DNA from: Macrostomum lignano
Lineage: Eukaryota
NCBI GenBank assembly: GCA_002269645.1
Contig: NIVC01000045.1
Coordinates: forward strand, 186,001-250,000
Reading direction: 5' to 3'
DNA length: 64,000 nt
Below the pieces are notes generated by a model. That model searched no databases. It was not told the DNA's origin and was given only the letters and a program-made list of their open reading frames with translations. Shown piece by piece: positions 1-14,200 of the stretch. The stretch's first letter is position 1. Every line of letters begins with the position of its first letter. The position numbers were made by a program, and so were the translations under genes.

Positions 1-312
1 AAGCTTCCGCCCCTTTCCATAAAGCTTCATCCCCCTTGCTATGAAGCTTCATCCCCTCATAAAGCTTCCGCCCCCTCTCATGAAGCTTCCGCTTCATCCC
101 CATTAAACTTTCCGCTTCCTTCCTCTAAAGCTTCATCCCCTCATGAAGCTTCCGCCCTCTCCTTATGAATCTTCCGCCCCCTCATGAAGCTTCCGCTGTC
201 TTCCTCATGAAGCTTCCGCCCCCTCCTCATGAAGCTTCCGCCCCCTCCTCATGAAGCTTCCGCCCCCTCCTCATGAAGCTTCCACCCTCTTCCTTATAAA
301 GCTTCCACCCCT
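1..312. repeat. ~22-bp minisatellite (tgaagcttccgccccctcctca)
   Basis: Direct reading; in a ULK4 intron. Confidence 0.9.
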
Positions 313-434
313 TTAAAAAACGCCTGTCATAAATAGTAACAATGTCACTTATAAAGTAGAATTTGTACTTTCATATTTTATAATTGCCAGATTTCTGTGT
401 CACATCCACACACCCTGCTGTTCCACTTCCCCAG

Positions 435-2848
435 GTGGTCGCCATGAAAATATTCGCCGAAATGTGCTGCCACCTGCTCGCCCAAGATATCGAATCGGAA
501 TCGGTCGCAGCTGCGATAGACGACTTGATCATTCCTCAGTCCGAGTCCCTTCTGCTCGAGGCCGAGCCGGCTCCCTGCTTTCTATTAAAGCTACTCGGCA
601 GCTATTGCGAGGCAAAACCGTCAGCGGCCGGCATTGTTCAGCTTGCAGGTCTGCCCCAGTTGCTGTTGCAGCTGCTGGCTGATAGACAGTTTGGCTTCAC
701 GTCTCAAACCGCTTTGAATTCGTTTCGACTTATCACGGTTGGTTTATTGATTGATTATCAGGTTGCTATGGTGTAGCTAACTGGTTGCTATGGTGTAGCT
801 AACTGGTTGCTATGGTGTAGCTAACTGGTTGCTATGGTGTAGCTAACTGGTTGCTATGGTGTAGCTAACTGGTTGCTATGGTGTAGCTAACTGGTTGCTA
901 TGGTGTAGCTAACTGGTTGCTATGGTGTAGCTAACTGGTTGCTATGGTGTAGCTAACTGGTTGCTATGGTGTAGCTAACTGGTTGCTATGGTGTAGCTAA
1001 CTGGTTGCTATGGTGTAGCTAACTGGCTGCTATGGTGTAGCTAACTGGTTTCTTTGGTGTAGCTAACTGTTTTCTATGGTGTAGCTAACTGGTTGCTGTG
1101 GTGTAGCTAACTGGTTGCTATGGTGTAGCTAACTGGTTGCTATGGTGTAGCTAACTGGTTGCTATGGTGTAGCTAACTGGTTGCTATGGCGTAGCTAACT
1201 GGCTGCTATGCTGTTGCTGGACTGCTCTTATATTTCAGCTTTGAACTTGATAAAAAATGCTAAAATTCTACTGAAAGTAGCTTCAAATGTACATTGTTTG
1301 CGCATAAACATCCAACCAGATTCTACTCAGCCAACGCGACTCCAAAGCTGCCAGCGCTCTGCTGCCAGACAGTGTGCCAGCTCTGGGTACCTGCTTCACC
1401 GAGCTGGCATCAGCCGCCACAGCCCCGGCCATGGACCCCGCAGCCGCGCTAGAATCGGCCACTCACCTACAAGCGGTCCTTGACCCGTCAACGCCTGTCT
1501 CAGAGTCGTGTCCGACGTTGCTCGCCGAGCATTGCAACTTCGTCGAACAATGAACAATAACACTGCTGGTAACCAAGGCAACACTGCTAACAATGCTACG
1601 GTGAATTCGACTCTGTCATCGGAGTCTTGCGCCGCTGAGGCTGAACGGCTGTTGGTGACAGTCCGACCTCTGGCTGACCTGACCGGGCCTCTAGTCCGGC
1701 TTCTCTGTCACGAGGACCCGAAGTGGACGAGCAGTCCTTGAAAGCTCTGTCGCATCTGGCTTCCCTGTTTGGTGGCGAGCACTGCGACTGGCTGGGGCCT
1801 GAGTGTCTGGATGGTTTCTCAAGGTTTGCTTTTCCCAAATCAGTGGTCTCAGAATCCCAAATCGATGGTCTCTCAGAATCCCAAATTGATAGGAAGTATC
1901 AGAATCCCAAATCTATGAGGTATCAGAATCCCAAATCTATGAGGTATCAGAATCCCAAATCGATGGGGTATCAGATTCTCAAATCTATGAGCTATCAGAA
2001 TCCCAAATCAATGGGTATCAGATTATCAGAATCCCAAATAAATGGGGTATCAGAATCCCAAATCGATGGGGTATCAGATTATCAGAATCCCAAATAAATG
2101 GGGTATCAGAATCCCAAATCGATGGGGTATCAGAATCCCAAATCTATGAGGTATCAGAATCCCAAATCGATGGGGTATCAGATTCTCAAATCTATGAGCT
2201 ATCAGAATCCCAAATCAATGGGGTATCAGATTATCAGAATCCCAAATAAATGGGGTATCAGAATCCCAAATCGATGGTCTCTCAGAATCCCAAATTGATG
2301 GGAAGTATCAGAATCCCAAATCTATGAGGTATCAGAATCCCAAATCGATGGGGTATCAGAATCTCAAATCTATGAGGTATCAGAATCCCAAATCGATAGT
2401 CTCAGAATCCCAAATCGATAGTCCCAAAATCCCAAATCGATAGTCTCAGAGTCAGAATCCCAAATCGATGATGTCTCAGAATCCCAAATCGATGATGTCT
2501 CAGAATCCCAAATCGATGATGTCTCAGAATCCCAAATCGATTATGTCTCAGAATCCCAAATCAATGGTGTCTCAGAATCCCAAATCAAAAACAAAACGAT
2601 TTTACAGAGCCCTGCAGAGCGGTGTGCAGAAGCGAGTCAGGATTGTGCTGCGCATTTTAAAACGATTCGCTGCCACATCGGCCGCGGCTAACCAGCTGGC
2701 TCCGGGACTGCTCAGCGCTGAGTCAGCCTCAGGTTTGGAGCTGCTCAGATCGGCGCTGATGGACACGTCTAGCCGGGCTGACAATGCAGCCGATGCTGGG
2801 GTGAGAAATCTGGTGCAGGAGATTCTCGCTGCGCTGGCTGAGTGCTGA
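435..2848 (+). CDS. ULK4: ULK4 pseudokinase, last three exons (HEAT/ARM C-terminus); 5' part outside window
   Basis: Exons 435-737, 1320-1823, 2608-2848 with GT-AG ends. Translation ...SDVARRALQ...RPLADLTGPLVRLLCHEDPEVDEQSLKALSHLASLFGGE...VRIVLRILKRF...VRNLVQEILAAL* matches the remembered human ULK4 end (SGIVRLALQ...RPLTDLISLLIPLLPNEDPEIFDVSSKCLSILVQLYGGE...LLLRILRRM...LALEILQAV). Two single-base deletions (~1485, ~1718) must be assumed to keep frame. Confidence 0.8.
761..1213. repeat. 22-bp minisatellite (ggttgctatggtgtagctaact)
   Basis: About 20 near-perfect units; ULK4 intron. Confidence 0.95.
1846..2587. repeat. ~24-bp minisatellite (tcagaatcccaaatcgatggggta)
   Basis: Fills the last ULK4 intron. 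Confidence 0.95.
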
Positions 2849-3033
2849 CTGATTAGTTGAACTACTGATAGTAGTGTGCCCCAATCAGTTGATAATTCAT
2901 TTGTTTATTATGCAATACCTGCTGCTGGTCGGAATATTCTATTTGTGTGCTTGTTCTACTTAACTGCTGATTTTGAAGTTCGGTTTTTCAGATCTGTTTC
3001 TGTTATTTGTACAGATTTTTCTTATTTATGGTG

Positions 3034-3039
3034 TCTGAT

Positions 3040-3087
<48 letters not shown>

Positions 3088-3103
3088 GGCCTGCCTGTCT
3101 GAT

Positions 3104-3147
<44 letters not shown>

Positions 3148-3181
3148 GGCCTGTCTGTCTGATTGTCTGTCTGTCTGTCTT

Positions 3182-3215
<34 letters not shown>
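3034..3215. repeat. (TGTC)n microsatellite
   Basis: Direct reading. Confidence 0.95.
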
Positions 3216-3223
<8 letters not shown>

Positions 3224-3793
3224 CCCCTCTCTCCCTAGCCTAGCCTAAGCAGTACACTCTTAACCAAGCGGTCACACACTCCTATTAATTGTTAGCAGCT
3301 GTGCTAAATTTTCCCAATACATGTGGTAGTACATGCGCATATGCTAGCTGCATTATTTTAGTTTCCGTCCAAATTCTTTGGCATTAAAAGTGCTTTTCTC
3401 TTAATTTTATGTAGCTTGACAGACGGATTTACACCGAAACTGTAGCATTCCTATAATTAGGCGTCAGTTTGAAATTTACTCAATTTACTGAGATTTTTTG
3501 TAATTTTTTGTAATTGTCGATCACATCTTAAATATGAAATTTTCTCCTTTTTAAATTATTAATTTGCCTTTGTATTTATTATTTGTTGAAATTTAATCAC
3601 ATTCCCTCTGCGAAATCAATGTAATGAATTGCTTGATTTATGAATATAATTTTCAAATCAGTGCAGTGCTGTTGTCTGTCAGTTTAATGTTCGTGTCTTG
3701 CCAGCTTTATCTTTTAAAGCTATTGGATTTAGTAACTTCATAGCAGCTTAAGCAGCTTATGGAATTTTTTTCGTAGCATGTTTTCATTGAGCC

Positions 3794-4365
3794 CTCAGAG
3801 CCACCTGAGGAATTCCCCTTGAGATCTCAGAGCCACCTGAGGAATTCCCCTTGAGATTTCAGAGGCACCTGAGGAATTCCCCTTGAGATCTCAGAGCCAC
3901 CTGAGGAATTCCCCTTGAGATTTCAGAGGCACCTGAGGAATTCCCCTTGAGATCTCAGAGCCACCTGAGGAATTTCCCTTGAGATTTCAGAGCTACCTGA
4001 GGAATTCCCCTTAAGATTTCAGAGCTACCTGAGGAATTCGCCTTGAGCTTTCATAACCACTTGAGGAATTCCCCTTGAGATCTCAGAGCCACCTGAGGAA
4101 TTTCCCTTGAGATTTCAGAGCTACCTGAGGAATTCCCCTTAAGATTTCAGAGCTACCTGAGGAATTCGCCTTGAGCTTTCATAACCACTTGAGGAATTCC
4201 CCTTGAGATCTCAGAGCCACCTGAGGAATTTCCCTTGAGATTTCAGAGCTACCTGAGGAATTCCCCTTGAGATCTCAGAGCCACCTGAGGAATTCCCCTT
4301 GAGCTTTCAAAGCCACCTGAGGAATTCCCCTTGAGCTTTCAAAGCTACCTGAGGAATTCCGCTTA
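3794..4365. repeat. 32-bp minisatellite (gagccacctgaggaattccccttgagatctca)
   Basis: Between ULK4 and FAM91A1; contains an internal 4-unit block duplication. Confidence 0.95.
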
Positions 4366-4523
4366 AAAACTTGAACCTAAAAATATTCATCTAATGAATT
4401 ATATAGGAAACGAACTCACAAAAAACGTTATCTGAACATTCTAATTCTTATTTCAGTTAAGAACAATTGGTGAATAATCGCACAATATTAAAAAATCAAT
4501 TAATAATATTCAACAGCACAGCA

Positions 4524-7500
4524 ATGCGCCCAGGTGAAGAGCTGGAGAACTATCTTCGCCAGGGCTACACCTGGAACCGGTTGCCTTCCTCAGCTAAGCA
4601 ACAACTCGGTGGAGAACGCGAATTCGCCAATGCAATTTATCAGTTCGGTTTGCGCAACCAGTTAAAATTTGAAGATCACCAGATAGGAGCTTACAGTAAG
4701 CGCCTGTTGAAGCGGTCGGAACGACAGTATTACGAAGATTTGGTGGCTTACAGCCGTGAACACCTGTTGCTCTATCCTTATCATCTGCAAGCTAAGATAG
4801 CCAGAGGCCTTGGCGTTACGCCATATCATTATTACACAGACATGGTTGAGTCTATCATGAATCTGGAGCGCAGTTACGATTGCTTGCCAAATTTCACAGC
4901 GGCTGATTGTGTCAGAATCCTTGGCATTGGTCGCAATCAGTACATCGAGGTGATGAATCAGACTCGATCGAGTAGAAGAATTCTGGGATTAGAGATTCGT
5001 AAGAGGCGTGTGAGGGATTTCCTACCGCATCAGCCTATTGAGGATGTGGTCATACAGCCTTGGTGGCTGGTGCATGTGGGATACGTGCCTAATGATGCTA
5101 TTCAGGTGAGCGTTCTGAGTTTTTTGTTCATGTCAAACAATCAGCACTGAATAATAGGATTAGTAAGCGCTTAAATAGAATCGCCCCTGAACTACGACAA
5201 CCATTTAAGAATCTCCCTTGAACTATAACTATCATCTAAGAATCCCCCCTAAACTATAACTACCATCTAAGAATCGCCCCTAAACTATAACAATCATCTA
5301 AGAATCGCCCCTGAACTTTGAAAACCATGTAAGAATCGCCCCTAAATTACAATCATCTGACAATCGCCTTTGAACTATAATAATCCTGAAAGAATCACCA
5401 CTGGACTATAATAGTTTATGAATTCTCAGATAGCCCCTAAACAAGTCAATTTTAAACCATCCATTACTACCTGAGAAGCTTTAACTACCCCCACTAATAC
5501 AAAGATCATCCCCAATCAAAACATCCAGGTGTGCACTCCCATCGAGCGGCGCCTGATTGACAGCCTGATCGATCGAAACGGCGGCCCAATCGTTGCTGGA
5601 ACAGTTGATTATCACCTGCTTAAGTCGCTCTACCTGAAAGGTTTCGTCTATTTAGACATACCAATTGCCGATGAAGATTGCATTGTTGTGCCCACACTAG
5701 AAGGCTTCGTGATGAATCGAGTAATTGGTGACTCGTTTGAAAATCTGCTCTATAAGATTTTCATATCAATTGACGAGCATACCACTATTAAGGAGCTGGC
5801 TAGTGTGCTTCAGGCTGATCTCAGCATGGTTAGATGCTTGATTATTATTTTATTATTTACTTGTAAAATAACCGCCACGGTGCCAACCACCCCACTACCC
5901 CATTCTCCGCCAGCCAAGCACCCACCACCCCATTCACCGCCAGCCAAGCACCCACCACCCCATTCACCGCCAGCCAAGCACCCACCACCCCATTCTCCGC
6001 CAGCCAAGCACCCACCACCCCATTCACCGCCAGCCAAGCACCCACCAACCCATTCTCCGCCAGGCAAGCACCCACCACCCCATTCACCGCCAGCCAAGCA
6101 CCCACCACCCCATTCACCGCCAGCCAAGCACCTACCACCCCATTCTCCGCCAGCCAACACCCACCACCTCATTCTCCACTAGCCAACACCCACCACCTCA
6201 TTCTCCACTAGCCAACACCCACCACCTCATTCTCCGCCAGCCAACACCCACCACCTCATTCTCCGCCAGCCAACACCCACCACCTCATTCTCCGCCAGCC
6301 AACACCCACCACCTCATTCTCCGCCAGCCAACACCCACCACCTCATTCTCCGCCAGCCAACACCCACCAGCTCATTCTCCACTAGCCAACACCCACCACC
6401 TCATTCTCCACTAGCCAACACCCACCACCTCATTCTCCACCAGCCAACACCCACACCGCCAGACAAGCGCCCCATTCTCTGCCGAACCAAGCACCCGCTT
6501 TTTTGGCCAAGTACGCTCGCAAGCATCCACCAACTCATTTTCACCCCACTCTCTAACAACCTCAGGTAAAGACGGCCATCTCGCTATTCTGTCGCCTTGG
6601 CTTCGCATTCAAAAAGACTTCGCCCAATTCAGAGCTGCCATCCCCGGTAGGCTCCGCCACCTCTGTTGGTCAGTCATCACTTGGAGCCGAGTCTCAAGCA
6701 TCGGTGAACATTGAGCAAGCGTCAGCTTCGACAGGCAGTGGTGACTCAATTCTCACCAATGGCGGTCGTCACCCCAGCTGGATCGGGGTGCCAACAATGG
6801 CCCGGCCGCATCACGCCAATGGGCCTTCGTTGTTGAATCCTACAGGAGCTTCTCTGCCGCCGCCGTTGACAAATGCAGCAACTGCGAATGCGAATGCTTC
6901 GGGCTCTGCCGGGCAGCATCCGCGTCTGGGTTCCACCGGCAGTGCGGACTTGACTGCCCTAGATCCAGCATCAGCCGTCAGCAACAGCGACGCAACATCA
7001 AATAGTGGATCATCGAATCGATTAAAAATTGCTTTCCTATTCGATTCAACTCTCACAGCCTACTTGATGATGGGCAATTTATCGCCAGGCTTAAAGAATC
7101 ACGCTGTCACAATGTTTGAAGTTGGCAAACTAAGCGAGGAGAGCATGGACAGCTTCCTAGCTGAGTTAGACAAAGTTGAAGATATTGGCGAAGGCGAAGT
7201 GGCCAGGTATTTTTGGCATGCGGTTAATCTGAGAGACACGGTAGCCAGGCTGAGGCATAATCCGAAGATTAACGGCGGATTAGGCTTAGATCTGTTGCGC
7301 ACTGAGTCTCTGTTGAGTCTGGAACCAGCTAGTCGGAGTCGGATTCTAGCCAAGAACTATGCCTTCCTGTTGTCCATGGCGCCCATCAGCCAGGAGGATC
7401 GAACTGTGATGATGTGCAATCCGCTGCATCTGGGACCGCCCATTCCCGAGGTGAATTCCATCTGGTTTAAACTGTTTCTGTATTGTCTGACCGGCTGCGG

Positions 7501-8442
7501 ACCGCCTTCGCTACTGCTGGCTAAGGGTACTCGGTTGAGTAAGCTGCCGAAACAGTTAAGACGGTTTCACACTTTCCTAGTGACCGCCTGGGGTCACGAT
7601 CCCAGCGAGACTCCGGCTAGTAACCTTTTGGCTACAGTGAACGATGCTTTGACTATTTCTGCCGTGCTTGTGCAAGGTGAATTGTTAGGGGATGATTTAG
7701 AGTCTGATTCAGGTGGGGTGGGTGTCGCTAATTAGGGTCTGACTCAGGTGGGGTGGGTGTCGCTAATTAGGGTCTGGTTCAGATGGGGTGGGTGTCGCTA
7801 GTTAGGTTCTCGTTCAGGTGGGGTGAGTGTCGCTAATTAGGGCCTGGCTTAGGTGAAATGGATGCGCTCGTTAGGGTTTGACGCAGGTGCGGTGGGTTCG
7901 CTAATTAACGTCTTCCGTAGGTGGGTTGGGTGACGCTTAAGTAGTTCTCGCAGATGCCACAATTGCAACTAAACACCAAATCCCCAGGCTACGCAAGCGA
8001 CTGCAAGCAGACCAATGTCCCATTTCCAACTCCGATTGTTGAACTCCCCGGCGATCAAGGCGCCCTGGTGTCTCGCTTATTCTCTGAGCTAGATCTCCAG
8101 TGCCAATGCGGCTACATCACGTTGCTATGTGAATCTGCGCCCAGCAACGGTTGCACCCTGCTTGATTTGCACTTTGGCGTGCCGCTATTCGACAGTGGCG
8201 TCACCGCAGCGGTCTGTCAGGGCCTGATCGAACGAGAACTTCTGTCAGAGCGAAATAAGGCCCCGCTGTTGCGAGCGAATCGAGCCCTGACGCTGTCTCT
8301 GTTGGACTTCATCGCCGAGTGGACAGGTTCAGCGCAACCGGTGGTTGCCTCCGGTTCAAGAATGGCCACCCCGCTTCCCAGTAGGAGTTTGCAGTTCTTC
8401 GATTCTAAACTGTCCTACGCTGTTGATTGTTGTTGCAATTAA
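4524..8442 (+). CDS. FAM91A1: FAM91A1 (WDR11-complex subunit), 4 exons, 815 aa
   Basis: Exons 4524-5105, 5529-5828, 6566-7676, 7988-8442; 2448 nt, all junctions GT-AG and in frame. Family motifs [87 protein letters not shown]. Confidence 0.95.
5178..5430. repeat. ~31-bp degenerate minisatellite (aactataactatcatctaagaatcgcccct)
   Basis: FAM91A1 intron 1. Confidence 0.85.
5886..6450. repeat. 30/29-bp C-rich minisatellite (two subtypes)
   Basis: FAM91A1 intron 2. Confidence 0.95.
7700..7935. repeat. ~35-bp degenerate minisatellite (tcaggtggggtgggtgtcgctaattaggg...)
   Basis: FAM91A1 intron 3. Confidence 0.8.
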
Positions 8443-8954
8443 AATTTGATTTATTTTTCTCAATCTGCTAATAACACATTAATTGCACAATGACAAAACC
8501 GATGTTCGCGCCTGTTACTTGCGGGGGCATTTTAAATCGAACGGTTTTGTGTTCTGTTTTCACGCTGCGTTTACTCTTATATGTGTATTGTTATTGATGT
8601 TGCTTACTAAGTAGATTTTAATTTGCATCGGTCAGCGAACGACACATTGACACAAATTCCTAATCTTTATCTGATATATGGATTGTTTTTTAGTATTAAT
8701 ATCAACAATTTTGTGTACTTATTTGATCTATACATTGCATATACTTTAACATATACTTTAGCATATACTTTAAGGTAATACTAGTGGTACAATACTACAT
8801 GCACTTATTCTCAGATTTATGGCCAATAATTCAATAACATATATACATGTATACATGTACAAACGAATAAACCATTTATCTTTCTTTCATATGCGACAAA
8901 CTACCCCATTTTTCTCCTTAAATTTACCAGGCTTCCCTAGCAAGGAAGCTCCCG

Positions 8955-9425
8955 CCACTCAATTCCGTGCACACCCACCTCACTCCGCCAGGCTGCCTTA
9001 ACGAACAAGCCCCCCCACCACCTCATTTCTCTCAATTCCGTGCGCACCCACCCCACTCCGCCAGGCTGCCTTATCAAACAAGCCCCCACCACCTCATTTC
9101 TCTCAATTCCATGTGCACCCACCCCACTCCGCCATACTGCCTTAACGAACAAGCCCCCCCCACCACCTCATTTCTCTCAATTCCGTGCGCACCCACCCCA
9201 CTCTGCCATACTGCCTTAACGAACAAGCCCCCCCACCACCTCATTTCTCTCAATTCCGTGCGCACCCACCCCACTCCGCCAGGCTGCCTTATCAAACAAG
9301 CCCCCACCACCTCATTTCTCTCAATTCCATGTGCACCCACCCCACTCCGCCATACTGCCTTAGCGAACAAGCCCCCCACCACCTCATTTCTCTATCCATG
9401 CCGTGCGCACCCACCTCACTCCGCC
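8955..9425. repeat. ~71-bp tandem repeat
   Basis: ctcaattcc recurs at 9031, 9102 and onward. Confidence 0.9.
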
Positions 9426-10256
9426 AGCTAGCATATGTACCTCATTTTCTTTATTTTTAAGCATCAGGCCTCCACCCTGATCTTATTGATCGTATGTTAC
9501 TACAAGTCAGCTTCGTCTACAACAACCAATCTCTAATTTATAACATTCATTCAGGCTGCACGCAGATTATCAACCTGTCACTCAGTCCCCCGCTAACTCC
9601 ATGAGACGCCGCCTACTCCGTCCCAAACCAGCGCCCATGTCACTTGATTCGCTTCCCATGTAATGTAATGTGATTTTCTCTATTGATTATTGATGAAAAT
9701 GGCAGTTTTTTTTCTGCCTAAGGTCCTGCTTGTGCTCGCTTTTGTCTTTTTTTCGCTTTTTCGTTTTTTTTCTTTGTGTGTTTTGTAATGACATGTCGAT
9801 ATTGGAGACAGGTGTTATGCTAGTGGGGCTTACGCGTTTTATATTATGATCTGCATTCCGGACTTATTAAACAGAATGATAAACCACTGTTTTTATTAAT
9901 CAAGTTTCTGATTCTTCATAACTAGTGTTATTTTCCCAGATTGAATCAACTGTTGAATAGTAGGATTCTAAGAATCAGTTGCACTTTTTATTGATAAAGA
10001 ACAAACAAATCAACATGTTCAGTGTTTTTCTATCAATTTAAAAGTAAAACTACGCGTTCAGTTTAAAAATTTCTGTTTATTGATTTCTTTTGATTAAATG
10101 TTTTTGCTACAAAATTCAAATCTAAAATATTGATTTTTGCAACGCATAAAGTTATGAAGTTGCTTAAGGTTATTATTATGAAGAACAAACTGCACTTACA
10201 ATATGCGTCTTTATTATTTTGTTTAGTACTTTTATCGCCTCTGAATTGCCGTAGTT

Positions 10257-11065
10257 ATCGCCCCCAAAGTACCCTAGGAATCGCCCCCAAGTCACCATAG
10301 GAATCGCCCCAAGTCACCATAGGAATCGCCCCCAAGTCACCATAGGAATCGCCCTCAAATCACCATAGGAATCGCCCCCAAATCACCATAGGAATCGCCC
10401 CCAAATCACCATAGGAATCGCCCTCAAATCACCATAGGAATCGCCCCCAAATCACCATAGGAATCGCCCCAAGTCACCATAGGAATCGCCCCCAAGTCAC
10501 CATAGGAATCGCCCCCAAGTCACCATAGGAATCGCCCCCAAGTCACCATAGGAATCGCCCTCAAATCACCATAGGAATCGCCCCCAAATCACCATAGGAA
10601 TCGCCCCAAGTCACCATAGGAATCGCCCCCAAGTCACCATAGGAATCGCCCTCAAATCACCATAGGAATCGCCCCCAAATCACCATAGGAATCGCCCCCA
10701 AGTCATCATAGGAATCGCCCTCAAATCACCATAGGAATCGCCCCCAAATCACCATAGGAATCGCCCCAAGTCACCATAGGAATCGCCCCCAAGTCACCAT
10801 AGGAATCGCCCCCAAATCACCATAGAAATCGCCCCCAAATCACCATAGGAATCGCCCCCAAGTCACCATAGGAATCGCCCCCAAATCACCATAGGAATCG
10901 CCCCCAAATCACCATAGGAATCACCCCCAAGTCACCATAGGAATCGCCCCCAAATCACCATAGGAATCGCCCCCAAGTCACCATAGGAATCGCCCCCAAG
11001 TCACCATAGGAATCGCCCCCAAATCACCATAGGAATCGCCCCTAAGTCACCATAGGAATCGCCTC
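10257..11065. repeat. 23-bp minisatellite (caccataggaatcgcccccaagt)
   Basis: About 35 units ending ~145 bp before the TRIM ATG. Confidence 0.95.
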
Positions 11066-11209
11066 AAATCGCTTATGTAAAGAATGGCTACTAATGGATT
11101 AATTTTGCTTCGATATTTTATGACTGTCAAATTAACCGGCTTCTACTATAAGTAGTTTAATAGTACCATCTTAGATTGAGCAGTAGTTAATTATAATAGG
11201 CTCATCACA

Positions 11210-14200
11210 ATGGCAGACGAAGAGGATCTAAGCTGCATAATCTGCAGCAACGTGTACACCGATCCCCGAGTTCTGCCATGCGGTCACTCTTTCTGCTCGG
11301 CTTGCATCGCTCAGTGGCGTCAAAATCAGCCCGTATGCCCCAACTGCCGCGGTCCAATCGGCCCCGTCAATCCGCCTAGAAACACTATTCTCGCTAATAT
11401 TGTTGAACGATTCTTGCAACAGCAGCAACATGCTGCCAGCTTGTTGAACGCTTGTGACAAGTGCGGACGATCAGGACCTGCCGTGCAAGTCTGTCGGCAT
11501 TGCCGCCATCCGCTGTGCGGCCCGTGCACTGTTAAGCATGTCCAGAAGCTTAAAGTGCGAACCAACGATGCTATTAATAGGTACAGACTCTCTATCTATC
11601 CCTCTTGGCCAGCCATCCCTCCCTCACCCCAATGTACACTCTCTCTATATCCCTCTTGGCCAGCCTTCCCTCCCTCACCCCAATGTACACACTCTCTCTA
11701 TCCCTCTTGGTCAGCCTTCCCTCCCTCACCCCAATGTACACACACTCTTTATCCCTCTTGGCCAGCCTTCCCTCCCTCACCCCAATGTACACTCTCTATC
11801 TTTATATCCCCCTTGGCCAGCCTTCCCTCTCTCACCCCAATGTACACACTCTCTATCCCTCTTTGCCAGCCTTCCCTCCCTCACCCCAATGTACACACAC
11901 TATCCCTCTTGGCCAGCTTTCCCTCCCTCACCCCAATGTACACTCTATCTTTATATCCCTCTTGGTCAGCCTTCCCTCTCTCACCCCAAATGTACACTCT
12001 CTATTAAATAATTCATCCCTAACTTACGCCAATCTTCTCAGACTGGAACCGTTGCTCAAAAAGCAAGAAGACAGAATGGATCAGCTGCTGAATGCGCAGG
12101 CTGAATGGACTCATGCTCAGGTAAGATATGAGTTTTTATTATCACTTATACGTGTTTTCGTATATTTATGCGCATCTGGTATGTTTCTTTGTCTCCCTGG
12201 GGTAAGTCTAGGGCAAATCTTGTGACTTTTAACGACTCAAACGACTGTGATGCGACGAAGCGGTGCGACATCTCGTCGTTTTAGAGTTGTCTCGAGTTAG
12301 TTTACCCGACTCTTGGGCGATGCAAGTGAATCTAGGACGCTTCTTGGGTCTGTGTTGTCTGATCTGTCTTGTCGTGTCTGTCAGAGTAAGATACTTGTCA
12401 CCCCCCTGTCCAATCCACAGGCGTCTCTAGCCGCAGTCCTTGCTAAGGTGAACAACCGCTTGGACTTAATCAACTCCGAGGTAGCCAATCGCACCGATCT
12501 GATTCACTCGTCTCGCGAACAGTTCGCAGCAATGAAGTCGGCCCTAACCGTCTCAGCCGCCAGCGCTACAGACGCGGCTCTGCTTGGTCGCACAATAAAG
12601 AATGTCAACTGCTTGGCACTGAAATTCAGCACTGACGATGACCAGCAGAGCTCGTCAGCTGCTGCGAGTAACAGCAGTTTTAGTAATCGGCCAGAATTGG
12701 AAGGCACCTCGGCCGAAGTTGATGAGCTGATAACTAGATTGTCAGTCTGTGTTGATGTTAATAATGTTTCTGATACCATGGTGGTTTCCATGGCAACGCC
12801 GGAGAAACCGAAGCAGCAGCCGCAGCAACAGCCGCAGCCGCAACAGCAGCAGATCCCATCTACGCCTAGCATTCTAGGGCCGGGCCCGCCAACTAAAGCA
12901 ATTTTATCTAAATATTATTCAAGTTTTCCGCAGCAATTTACCTACTATTTCACTGTAGTTGGGTCTATTGTTAGCTTGACCGTGTGCTCCAACACGGAGG
13001 GTTACCTGTACGGTAGAGGCATGGTCCTCTCGGCTCGTACTGTGGCGGCTGCTGGCGAACAGGCATCCTTCAAGGCACTACCGGATGAGGTTATTCTAAT
13101 CTTGGAGGGAGTGTCGCCGCATACTAAGGTTGGTTGCTAAGCTCTTGTTTATTTGGGCTTGCGATAAGGGAAAAGGGCACTGGGATAAGGGAGGGTGACA
13201 CTGGGATAAAGGAGAGTGGCACTGGGATAAGGGAGGGTGACACTGGGATAGGGAAGAGTGACACTGGGATAAAGGAGAGTGGCACTGGGATAAGGGAGAG
13301 TGACACTGGGATAGGGAAGAGTGACACTGGGATAAAGTAGAGTGACTGGGTTAGGGAAGAGTGACACTGGGATAGGGGAGAGTGGCACTTGGATAGGCGA
13401 GAGTGGCACTGGGATAGGGGAGAGTGGCACTGGGATAGGGGAGAGTGACACTGGGATAAAGGAAAGTGGCACTGGGATAGGGGAGAGTGACACTGGGATA
13501 AAGGAAAGTGGGACTGGGATAAGGGAGAGCGGCACTGGGATAGGGGAGAGTGGCACTGGGATAAGGGAGAGCGGCACTGGGATAGGGGAGAGTGGCACTG
13601 GTATAGGAGGGAGAGTGACACTGGGATAGGAGGGAGAGTGACACTGGGATAGGAGGGAGAGTGACACTGGGATAGGAGGAAGAGTGACACTGGGATAGGA
13701 GGGAGAGTGACACTGGGATAGGAGGGAGAGTGACACTGGGATAGGAGGGAGAGTGACACTGGGATAGGAGGGAGAGTGACACTGGGATAAAGGAGAGTGG
13801 CATTGGGATAGGTGAGAGTGGCACTGGGATAGGGAAGAGTGACACTGTGATAAAGGAGAGTGGCATTGGGATAGGTGAGAGTGGCACTGGGATAGGGAAG
13901 AGTGACACTGTGATAAAGGAGAGTGGCACTGGGATAGGGGAGAGCGGAACTGGGATAGGGGAGAGTGACACTGGGATAGGGGAGAGTGACACTGGGATAA
14001 GGGAGAGTGACACTGGGATAAAGGAAAGTGGCACTGGGATAGGGGAGTGACACTGGGATAAAGGAAAGTGGGACTGGGATAAGGGAGAGCGGCACTGGGA
14101 TAAGGGAGAGTGGCACTGGTATAGGAGGGAGAGTGACACTGGGATAGGAGGGAGAGTGACACTGGGATAGGAGGGAGAGTGACACTGGGATAGGAGGGAG

